The notes below the pieces were generated by a model that did not search any database, was not told where the DNA came from, and worked only from the letters and a program-made list of their open reading frames with translations. From Camelus ferus (taxonomy: Eukaryota), in contig NC_045696.1 of NCBI RefSeq assembly GCF_009834535.1, forward strand, positions 81,656,001 to 81,720,000: 64,000 nt of DNA. Direction: 5' to 3'. Positions 53,624 through 64,000 of this stretch are shown piece by piece. Position 1 is the stretch's first letter; each line of letters starts with the position of its first letter. Made by a program: the position numbers and the translations under genes.

Positions 53624-55894
53624 GGGATCTACCCTCTCCTTTCCGGGAACCTCAGCCCCACCCGACAGGAACCCTTCTTAAAGTTCTGGGTTCCATCTCA
53701 GGGTAAGGGTGCTCCTAAACGCACACATCTCCTGTCTCACTGGACTGTGGGCTCTTCATCCACTATCTTCCTGACTCCCCATGCACACTCTTTCTTACTG
53801 CTGTGACTGTTTCTTCACACAGAGGATCAAGGGGCCTCCAGGGGAATCGGTTTCTAAAGCACTTGGCAACCTTTGAAGCAGAAAGGACCTAACTTAGGGC
53901 CAAACAGAAATAAGTCAAAAGTTTAGAGATTCTGCCTACCACTGGCTGCCATATAGGTGTGATGATATTAAGCCATAATGCAGATTGATTTGTAAATAAC
54001 CCTAATATAGTTCTAATATTATAGAGAAGTCTTTTGAAATAAAAGGCTGACAACTCTCTATTAATCACTGCAGAACACTGACTGAAAGGTGCAAAAGGCA
54101 GGAAGGACAGAGGGCAGGAAAGCAAGTGACTTGATTGGCAGTTCAGACAACAGTCCCTGAGGGGCACCTGCCAGGATTTAGGACGATGCTATTTAGCATT
54201 TAAAGTTGTTGCTATCTGTCCTTCAAAGAGAAAAACAATCATTTTTTTGGTTTGGTTTGGTTTTCTTTCTTTCTGGTTTAAGATTCAGCACATCACCCAG
54301 GTTGGTGGATTTCACTGAAATATTTTCCCCAAATGACCTACAGTTTCATTTTCTAATATGCTACCACCCGCCCACAGCATAGAAGTCGACGATTGATATT
54401 CTGTAATTCTCAGTAACTAGCTGAAGCTTTCCTGTGCACTTCAGTAATACTGCTGCTCATTACAGGTTAAAAAAAAAAGTGATCATTATGCTACTGGAAA
54501 CTCAGTTGCAGCTCTAAGATGATGTAACTCTAAATTGTAGAAGGATTACGAATCCATGGCTAGATTAGGCAAGTACAGGTCAGCAATTTCACATTAAATT
54601 GCTTATTGCAAAGAGGGATTCTAAGATCCTGTAAAGCAAATTCAATCTACCTTGAAAATAATTAATGAGATGCAAAGGCCTGGAGATGGAAAATTTCTTT
54701 GAAATTAATTATTGCTGCTGAAATCTAGCCAGTCTCTCTTCAGCAGCAAGAACAGTCTGCAGCTAGAGATTTCATCTCTTTGAGTACTGCTGAAAGGATC
54801 TGTTGGATTCTGATCTAAAATCAGTTCGACATGAGCATTATAGGGAGAAGCCTGTGCTGCACGAGGAGCTGAATAGTCAGAGGGTCAGATGAGTTTCAGA
54901 AAGCACAGGGGAGAGGAAAATAGAAATCAATATCTGAACGGAACAACCAAGTCGGATCTGGGGAACTTAGCCCAGTCTAGTAACCCAGGTAACTGTCAAT
55001 TCCTGTGTGTGGATGAGGAGAGGTGACTGTCTCCTTCCCTCCCCACAGCCAGCACACCCTCAGTCACTGAAGACAGACAGAATGGAGTGACACATCCTAT
55101 TTCTAACGTGCAGTTTACAGCATCCTTCCTTGGGAGCATTCCAGGCGCTGAGGCAGAAGTTGTGAAGTCAATTAAAATCATCAGTGATGACTGGCAAGGG
55201 AAATTGGACAATAAAGGGGCTGGAAGCCCAAGCCCACCCACAGGGTTGGGTCTCACATCCCACCAGGGAGAGGGGTGAGGTAAGGGCAGGTCATTTCACT
55301 GCACTGAGGTGTGCTCTGTCCTCTAGATCAGCTTTCATCGTCCACACTAAAGATGGCAGTGGTTAGAGCTGGTTCTGCCCACTGTGCATCACGCGAGGGA
55401 GAGGATGTGTTGGGTGAGAGCAAGTCTGCATGACAACACAACTGAAGGAACAAGTGAAAACAAAACACCCAACAACCAGAGGAAGTGTTATTGGTTTGTG
55501 GTCTTTCTGCTTCTGTAGAAACAGCCAAAGCAGTCAACATTTGGAGAGCAATGGGGACGCCACCCCCCCCCCCCACACACACCTTGTTACTGCTTTTGTG
55601 GCTGCAGCTGTGGGTAGAAATGACTCACTCAGGCTACAGACAAAGCTACAGCTCACAGGATAAGCAGGGAGGGAGGGACAACAGCGAAGATGGATCTATC
55701 AGCAGATTTTCTTCTTTAAAAAGCTGAGCCTCATATACATGCACTCAGCCCAAGGGGCCACTAGCCCACACCCTCCTGTATGTGCATTAGGAGAAGGCCC
55801 CTCTCCCCCAGGGCACACAGGTTGGTGCGCAGACGGCAGGCTGAATTTTAGGGAGCAGCCACTACAACATGCACACACCCCATGACCTTTCATA

Positions 55895-56345
55895 CCAATT
55901 GTGTACCAGCAGGAAATGGCTGACACATTCAGATCAGGTAATTCAAGGAGAGTTTAATAAAGGTGCATTCACTAAGGTGTGGGCAGGGTGCAGAGAAGGA
56001 ACTATGAGGGACAGCACAGAGCTCCTAGGCAGAAGGGATGAGGGTCAGGGGACCACTGGAACCTGGACCAGGCGAGAGCATCACCTGACAGGTGCTGCGA
56101 CCTCTGGAAAGCAGCCAGCCGAAGGCAATCTCGCAGGGAGTATGCCAAGGAAATCAATATCCCAAGTTCACTCTGTTCCATCCCTCCAAACTCCTCTGGG
56201 ACTCCTCATTGGCTGAACCCACCCGGAAAGCCACAGGTGAAGGGAGCCCATTGATGTGGCCTGAGTGGGTCAGCCTCCCAGGCAGCAAATTAGGTAGAGG
56301 ACGGAGAGTGGTTCTGGGGGCACACATTGGAAACAACCACCATCC
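55895..56345 (-). mobile_element. Old ERVL-class solo LTR (LTR33-like)
   Basis: CAGCAGGAAATGGCTGACACATTC...GAGAGTTTAATAAAGG...CCTCATTGGCTGAACCCACCCGGAAAGCCA...GGGAGCCCATTGATG. Confidence 0.6.
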
Positions 56346-57329
56346 AAGGTAGGGCAACGCCAATCATTTATTCATCTTTCAAATATGTGTTCAGAGCCAC
56401 CTCCTAGGCTCTGGAGTTTTGTTGTTATTTGTTTTTTTGGTTTTGTTTGTTTGGTTTGGTTTTTTGAGGGGAGGAGGGTGTATTTGATTTTGTTTTTGCT
56501 TGTGAATCAGAAATCTCCTCTTCCAAAAAGTAGATCCAACAATCTTGGGTAATTCCACTTTGATTAGAGGGGGCTGATGTTATCTTGAAGGCTCCTGACA
56601 GCGCGCATTTTATGAGTTTGTCTGCTTTATAAAATATTAACCAGAAAAACATTAAAGTTTGCAAATCCAGCAACAGACTCAGAGGGACAATATTATTATA
56701 CAATTTTTGATATGTTTTTAAAAACATGAAAAGCACATCTGACAACAAAAGGGAAAAAAAGCAAGAGGAGTCTTTTTTCTCCTTTCAATGGAAACAGGGT
56801 GGTATGGGTTTGTTTCCTGCGGGCAGGGTTGATTCACTAACGATTTAAGGACAACTACTGAGTGTTTTCCTTTCTCATTTACAAATGGAATAGATTAAGA
56901 AATTACTCAGTCTCTCTGTGTATCTTTTAATGGAAACCTACTTCTCTATATGGAGGAGGAGAATTTGTTTTCCACTGCATGCAGGGGCTGGTTGACCTTT
57001 TCAGCTTCAGAGGGTGAGAAATGTGGTCGACACAGTTACTCTTTTCACACAGTCGACCCATGAAATCTGCTTCAACAGAGTAACCAAATTGTCTAGACTT
57101 TTCTCAGAATTCAGAACTCATTACCTTAGAATTCTCTTCTCTCTTCCTCTCCCCTCTGCTCTCCCTCCCTCTCTCTTTTCCCCTCCTCTCTTTCTTCATT
57201 CCCACCTGGCCCCCGCCCCTGCCACCATCTTCTTAGCACCTTTTAAGTAGACAAAATGCAGCAAGAGATAACATATTTACTAGCCCACCTTCTCTCTATT
57301 TGAAAATATGAAGCAAACTATAGGCTGGA

Positions 57330-58240
57330 AAAAATTATTGGCCCAAATGTGACAGGCAAAGAGTTTCTATTTTCTCATATTAAAATACTAGTAAAAATCA
57401 ATAAAAAGCAATGATAAATAAATGGACAAAGGACATAACCAGGCAGTGCACTCAGAAATCACAGCGACTAAACAAACACGGGGGCACTGTCCAGCCTCAT
57501 GTGCTCATTCATTCATTCACCCATTTGTTAAATACATATTTACTGAGCACCCACTGTGTGCTAGGCAAGATCCTGGGAACCTATAGATGAACAAAATACC
57601 TTATCTTTGGGGTTCCTATTTTATCATAAGAGATCTAAAAACAAGATCCATGGAGTAGGCTGTTGTGTTCAGGGAACTATAAGCAACTAAAAAGCTAAAA
57701 AGCTTAAGGTAGGAAGAGTAAAGATGTGTAGAAGAGGACTCGGCAGCCATAAAAGAAGTGAGAGCTCAAACCATTGCCATTTTTGATGAGGAAATTAGCA
57801 AATATTTTTAATGATTACACTTAATGGTGTAAAGCAAGAGTGAATCCGATGACTCTGTGACTATTTAAGTAGTAGTAATCATGGCTGTTTAATTCCATTT
57901 CAGGAGTTCCATATTGAAGGTATAATCTGTCAGGAAAGTTATATGCCATAAGAAATGTACATATCATATAAAAATATTGTTATATACAGTAGCAAAAACC
58001 TGGAATCATCCTAAACGCCCAACAACCACAGAAACATTCAGTGAATTATAGTAAATCCATTTGCCTGAATATTCTGCATTCATTAAAAATGCTTATATTA
58101 ACTGAAAAAATGAAAATTACATTAAACACACTAAATAACAATTATTTTAAAATACGCACAGAAAAAAAACTGGGAAGCAATACATTAAAATGAAAAAAAA
58201 CTGGGAAGCAATACATTAAAATGCTAACAGTGATTACTTG
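57330..58240 (+). mobile_element. Degraded L1ME-like fragments with an antisense L2 tail at ~57500-57600
   Basis: AAATGGACAAAGGACATAACCAGGCA; GCAAAAACCTGGAATCATCCTAAACGCCCAACAA; L2 tail CATTCATTCATTCA...ATATTTACTGAGCACCCACTGTGTGCTAGGCA. Confidence 0.6.
58161..58222. repeat. Perfect 31-bp tandem duplication
   Basis: GAAAAAAAACTGGGAAGCAATACATTAAAAT at 58161-58191 and 58192-58222. Confidence 0.95.
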
Positions 58241-59799
58241 CCAAGTATCTTTTCCTTTTTCCTGTGTCCCCACAAGTTCTTAATAGAATGAAAAGTCAAA
58301 GTTGTATAAAATAAACAGTTAACAAAGAAAACAAAATCTCACCCATGTCAAGCAGCTCTCTACTAGTTTGAATTCAAACAATGGGAAAAGCAGGGCTATC
58401 CATCATGTGTCCTGGATGGTGGGCCTGTCTCTCTAATCACTGTAATTTTGACCAAGCCCCTTACTCTCTAGTTTTGTCTTTGGAAAGTAAGAGAGATGCA
58501 CTAAATTATCTTTAAAGCTCCTGCTGCACCCAAAATTTAAGAATCTTGACATCCTAGGAGGAAGAGTATGTGCCTCAATTCACTGAAATTACAAACAGGC
58601 ATTGAAATACTTCTTCATATAAGTCAAGTGCAAAATATCAGGTGGAGAAGACAGAATCAGAAAACAGTGCGTGTTGGTCTCATCAGACATTTCTCAGAAA
58701 GGATTAAACAGTATCCTTTCCCCCTGAATTCATTACATCCTCTGGTTCTTGTTTTTATGGAAGTCTTTATGGAAGAGCAAGCTTTATCGATTATTTAACA
58801 CGTCAAACTATTGTTATTCGGCCACGTGGAGATGGTGCCTTTTGTGTAGCTTGGGGTTTCCTGAGGCCAATGCAAAACCCATCTCTCTAATTTACAGGCC
58901 CTCTTGCCTTCTTTTTATGGTCACTCACAGTACAGCATACTCGGAGCCTGCACACTCTGCGATGCAGGCCTCACATTGGAGATCGCCCAGGATACAGAAT
59001 CTACCTAATTTCTTCAGGCTGGGAGGAAGTGCAGCACTAGTCAGGCATTTCTCAGCATACCTGTGCTTCAGGCCTGGAAATGCTCTCAATTTCTTTTTCC
59101 AATTAGAGAGGTTTAAACATTGCACTGGTCTTTTCTTAGGATCCACAGCGAAGTCATCTCTTGGATTGAATGAAGGCTGATGAGCTTTGCTTGATCAGTG
59201 GTTGCTGAAATGAAACCTGAAATACCTTCCATTTCATGGGGTGGGGGCCCGGGTGGGTCAATCCTGTCATTTGTACAATGGGAGGCTTACACTTTTTGCT
59301 TTCAAAGGTCCCTTCTGACTCCTTACTTTATAGTCTCACTATAGAGCATCTAAGCCGTGAAGTGCTGACCCACAAGCTACTGGAAGATGCAGAAGTTAGA
59401 GCCTGGGGGGTTCTGGCTCTCAGGGAGGACCCACTGTTGTTACTCATACCCCTGAAAACAGAGAAGCAAATGGCAAAATACTCTGGCAGCCGTTCAGAGC
59501 TTCCAACATACAACTGCTAAAGGTGACAGGCCACAGGGTCTCTAAGCGTGAACAACCTTGTCCACACTTGCTTCTCTTTTTCTCATAGGAGGGTTCCTAG
59601 GGTCAGAGGATACCAAGGTTAAGAGAGATGGGCAGGAAAGAAACTAAAATACCTGAAAGGAAAAAATTTCCCTGGATAGTTTCCCAGACATGGAGAAGGC
59701 AGTTAATAATGACTACATGATGAATCCTTGGAGAGCCTGAGGTCCCACCAGGTGGGGATTTACTTCTGGTCAACACTGTGCATCTTTGGGAAGGTTACA

Positions 59800-60825
59800 G
59801 GTTCAGTGCTGGGCCCCCTTCACTTCCCAACTACACATTATCCTTCAGGGTCTCATCCAGTCTTCAGGTTTTAAATATCATCAGACTGCGGACAACCCCC
59901 AAATTGATCTCAGCCTCATATATCTAACTGCTGAGCTGACAATGCTACTTGGATGTCTCATAAGGCATCTCCAACTTAAAGATCCAAAGAGAACTCTTGA
60001 TTTCCTGCCTTTGACTTCTAAACTTGGGGCCCCCTGGAAGCCCCAAAGTCATTATTGACATCTTCCTTTTCCCTCATCCTTCACAGCCATTTCCGCTGTC
60101 AGTTCTATCTCTGATGGAAATCCACCCATCCCTTAGTCTCCATCACCTCTGCTACCACTGAGGTTCCAGCCATTGTCACCTCTCATAGGGGTGACACCAA
60201 CGTCTTCCAAATTATTCTCTCCACTGCCACTCTTGACCTCCCCCCAAATCTATTTTCCACACAGCAGCCAAAAGTTCTTTCTTAAACATGGTTTCTGTTA
60301 TTCCACTCACCTGCTTAAAACCTACATCTGGTTTCCCATTGTACATACAATGAAATCTAGGTTCTTTCCATGGTGTCCTCGTCATGCATGGTGGGGCTCT
60401 GCCCTCCTCCCCACCTCACCCAGGGCTGCCTTCCTCTTGCCCAGCGCACTGCAGTCCCATTGGCCACAGTAAACCTGCTGGGTTTCACCATGCCTTATAG
60501 CCTTTGCCCCACTGTTCCCTCTTTCTCCTCCTCTCTGTTGGCTGACTCTTTCTTCTTCAAGCTTCAGTGTCGATGTGACTCACTCAGAGAGGCTTTGCTG
60601 ATCACCTATCTGAAGGATGCCCCGTCTTCACTTCTATCTGTGATAGTGCCCTGTTTATTTCTTTCTTAGCACTTCCTAAAGCTTGTAATTACTTTATTTG
60701 GTTACTGTTCTACACCTTGCCTAGACTGTAAACACTAAGGGAGCAGAGGTTATCTTCTTCTCTATGTTTTCACATCCAGCATATGATAGGTGCTCAATAC
60801 ATATTCTCTAAGTTAATTAGTTAAA
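59800..60825 (+). mobile_element. L2 (~1 kb 3' portion)
   Basis: TCTCATCCAGTCTTCAGGTTTTAAATATCATC...CTTGGATGTCTCATAAGGCATCTCCAACTTAA...CTGCTTAAAACC...CTAGACTGTAAAC...ATAGGTGCTCAATACATATT. Confidence 0.8.
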
Positions 60826-62106
60826 GAAGACCATTAATTATTCATAAGAATTGATGGCTAGTTGTTAGGAAGTTAGTCTAATAAACCTAATCTGATTTGA
60901 GGAACACAATTCACAATTTTGCTCCCTCCACCTCTGTACAAGTAGAGGTCCAGCTGCAGGAAAGGAAAAACAATGCAGCTTCATTTTCTGAAACCAATGC
61001 TTAAAGGAACAGAAAGGTCTATTCCTTTTTCAGGAGGGCAGCTGAACAGTTTCCTTTTCTATAGCTTCTCTCCTAAAATGTTTTGATTTCATAAGATATA
61101 GAGAATAGTTGCTATAATTTATGTCAGCTGCTCTCCATTTTGTAATCAATTACATTGTAGCTCAATAACATTTATATATACTATTAATATGTGTCAGATT
61201 GATTTTCTTGTAATCTTTAATTACAGCTCAGATAACATAGTTGTCCATCTTTTAAGTTAAAGGAAACAATACATCAACTGGATAGACTATTATGCAACCA
61301 TGTAAAACTATTATTATATGAACATAGTAACAAATAGCAGTGCTTATGATTCACTTTGAGTAAAAAGCAGAATACATATTTGCTCTGATTTGTAATCAAA
61401 ACTATCAAACTATGTATACAAATGAACAAGTACTAGTAGGGAGCAAGGAAAAACACTTTGGTTTTCCAGCCTAGTGAATTTATGCATGATTATTTAAAAA
61501 TTGTATTATTTCTTGGTACAATATTAATTGCATAATAAAGTCAGAGGGCACACCGGCTATAAATATGATTGCTGGCGTGTACCTGCAGTTACTGTACTGA
61601 CTAGAAGCACATGCGGTTAGTCTGAGAAAGTCTGGCTGTGACTATTCCCGATTATCTGGACTGCCTAAAAACTGTGCCCTTCTGTTTAATGTCTTCAGCT
61701 TTAGTGCCTGATTAAACCATTCAAATATTCCTATCAAGAAATGGCAGCAAGAATGAGCTTCTTTAGAAGTTACATTTCCTGTTTGTGCTCCATGTGGCTA
61801 TCCATGTGAAGTGTGTAGGTTATTTAGGGAGGAAGCAGGGAGGATAATGCATTTAAAGTAAGTGTAACAAAGTAAGTTACAGAGAATGTGGTGGATTTGG
61901 ATGTCCTATGTGGAACCACTCCCAAGATATATTGTTAAATTTATGCTCTTTAAAAAGTAGAAATATGTGCATTAGGCTATCATTTGTTTAAAAATAACAG
62001 AAAAGAAAATCAGAGAGGAGGGTATATATTTATATGTATATATAGTGAGATTTTCATAAAGCATATATGTGCATAAATATGTAAGTTATATATCTATAAT
62101 GTACTG

Positions 62107-62108
<2 letters not shown>

Positions 62109-62137
<29 letters not shown>
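62109..62137. repeat. (AC)n microsatellite
   Basis: Seen directly. Confidence 0.92.
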
Positions 62138-62138
<1 letters not shown>

Positions 62139-62534
62139 TTTTAAGCAAGAAGGTATCTGGAAAGACAGACAAACCCCTCACTGGTGATGATGACAGCCTC
62201 CAGGAAAGAGTGTGGATGGACTGAGGTGCAAGTGAGGTTTACCTTTAACTATACAGCATTTCACAATGCTTAAAATATTCGCCATGGACCTACACTATCT
62301 ATTCAAACAGATGATTTAGTCTTTGTTACTGAAGATAGAGAACTGACGGCCAACAAACCGAAATAACTGCATATGGAGTGAATTATGTTAGAGGTTTCAT
62401 GAACAGATTTTCTTAAATACTAAAAAATAAAAATTAAAATAAATGCACATGGTATTATTAAGTGCCATCTAAATCGTGTGCTGAGCATTCTGTGAGGCAC
62501 CATGGGGCAGGATGCATCAGAGAAGTGTGTCACT

Positions 62535-62915
62535 GTCTGCACTGGTCTGCTCGGGCTGCCATAACAAAATACCACCAGCTGGGTGGTTTAACCAATAGAT
62601 TTTCTCACAGTTCTGGAATCTGGAACCAAGATGCCAGCAGGTTTGGTTTCTTCTGAGGCCTTTCTCCTCAGCTTGCAGATGGCTGCCTTCTAGCTGTGTC
62701 CTCATGTGGCTTTTCCTCTACGTGTGTCCATCCCTCACATCCCTCCTCACATGTTCTAATCTCCTCTTTCCATAAGGACACAGTCAGATTGGATTAGGGC
62801 CCACCTTAACAGCCTCATTTTAATTTTATTACTTCTTTGAAAGGCCTTTTCTCCAAATAAGTGACATTTTGAAGGCTTCAACATATGGATTCAGGGAGAC
62901 ATAATTTAGTCCACA
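62535..62915 (-). mobile_element. MaLR solo LTR (MLT1A-like)
   Basis: GGGCTGCCATAACAAAATACCAC...CTCACAGTTCTGGA...GCTTGCAGATGGCTGCCTTC...ATAAGGACACAGTCAGATTGGATTAGGGCCCACC. Confidence 0.88.
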
Positions 62916-64000
62916 GCCCTGTCCTTGAGTTTTCAGTTGAGTCAGTGAGCTAAGCCATAGATGCTTGAAACAATGTTAAAGGCAGCAAATAATTAAATAT
63001 CAAAGTGAATAATAATATAGAAGCTAATGTGGCATGATTTTCTAGAGATTTCCAGACAATCTCCTATTTTTTTAAAAAAATTCAGAACACACGAGGGAGA
63101 AAGCAACAGTTAGTCTTTGCCACTGGTGCTGTGCACAGAGCAAGGGTCTACCTTCCCTGAGTTTGGGAAAACAATTAGTTCACTAAATTATAATACAGTA
63201 GGCATGTTACCAAAGCAACTCACTAATTCAATCAATTTAGTGGAAAAATATTCTCCCTAATGCTATTTGAAATTGTCTAGGCAAGAGAAAATTAGATTGT
63301 CGGAAGGCGTTATTTGTTACCAGTTATTTTATGACAAGAACAGGCAAGTGAGATTCATACATATAAAAATACAAGAACTCCTCCATTCAGGAGGAAGTGT
63401 TATAAATCATCCATGGTAATCAGCTCAGGCAGCAGATACTGAAGTAAGTGCCCCCACGAGATGCTCAGGTCATTTCTGGCCTTGTGATAGGTCAGAGAAG
63501 GGAGTCGGCAAGTCCACCTGATGGAGTGTTCAACTCCGACAGCTGAGCCTCCCAGTTGGTTAAACACTTAGGCGTTACTTTAACACCCCGACCTATCTTC
63601 ATTCTCTGCTTTCTCTTACCCAATGTCTCCTCCTTTTCTTTCTTTCCTACTTTTTGTCTCATTTTGTACACCCTTTTTATAGGTAAAAAAAGCGTATGAC
63701 CCAGAACCACACCAAGGCAACCAGATCCACGTGATATGATGGTGAAACCAGTATGTGACTCGCCACAGACGGGCTCCTACTAATATTCTGCTCAACGTAC
63801 TCTGTAGATACTGCGAGGGTTTGATTAGGCAGTGCATGTAACAGCGCTGTAGGAGCAGTGAGGCCCTCTTCCAATGCTGGCTATTACTACAGTGGAGGAA
63901 TAAACAAAATGGAAAACTGAAACAAAAACCAGGTTCATTGGAGCTGGTCGGCAGGCCAAGCCCACTATAGCCACTGGGTATCCTGAGATTACTAGAGCCA

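Noticed and set aside
58749..59180. 143-aa ORF
   Set aside because: Non-ATG start, no recognisable homology and no supporting exon structure on the + strand.
59744..59757. CTCF-like CCACCAGGTGGGGA
   Set aside because: Lacks the conserved GGC(A/G) end of the core; not supportable without ChIP data.

Overview
Mammalian nuclear DNA, almost certainly camelid (camel/alpaca/llama), based on a Vic-1-type tRNA-Ala-derived SINE at ~13.0 kb. I can recognise no protein-coding exon, RNA gene, CRISPR array or prokaryotic feature. The long ORFs in the track are L1 ORF2 remnants or chance ORFs across repeats. The window looks intergenic or deep intronic. It carries layered transposon fossils (MIR, L2, old L1M and younger L1, MaLR/ERVL/ERV1 solo LTRs, hAT MER20/MER33/MER5, a Tc2/Kanga-like DNA transposon) and microsatellites. 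Repeat-poor stretches between ~48 and 64 kb carry homeodomain-type motif clusters typical of distal developmental enhancers. Subfamily names come from my recall of consensus sequences and most boundaries are approximate (tens of bp) unless a TSD is given. I found no convincing novel biological system; the findings are candidates for follow-up.
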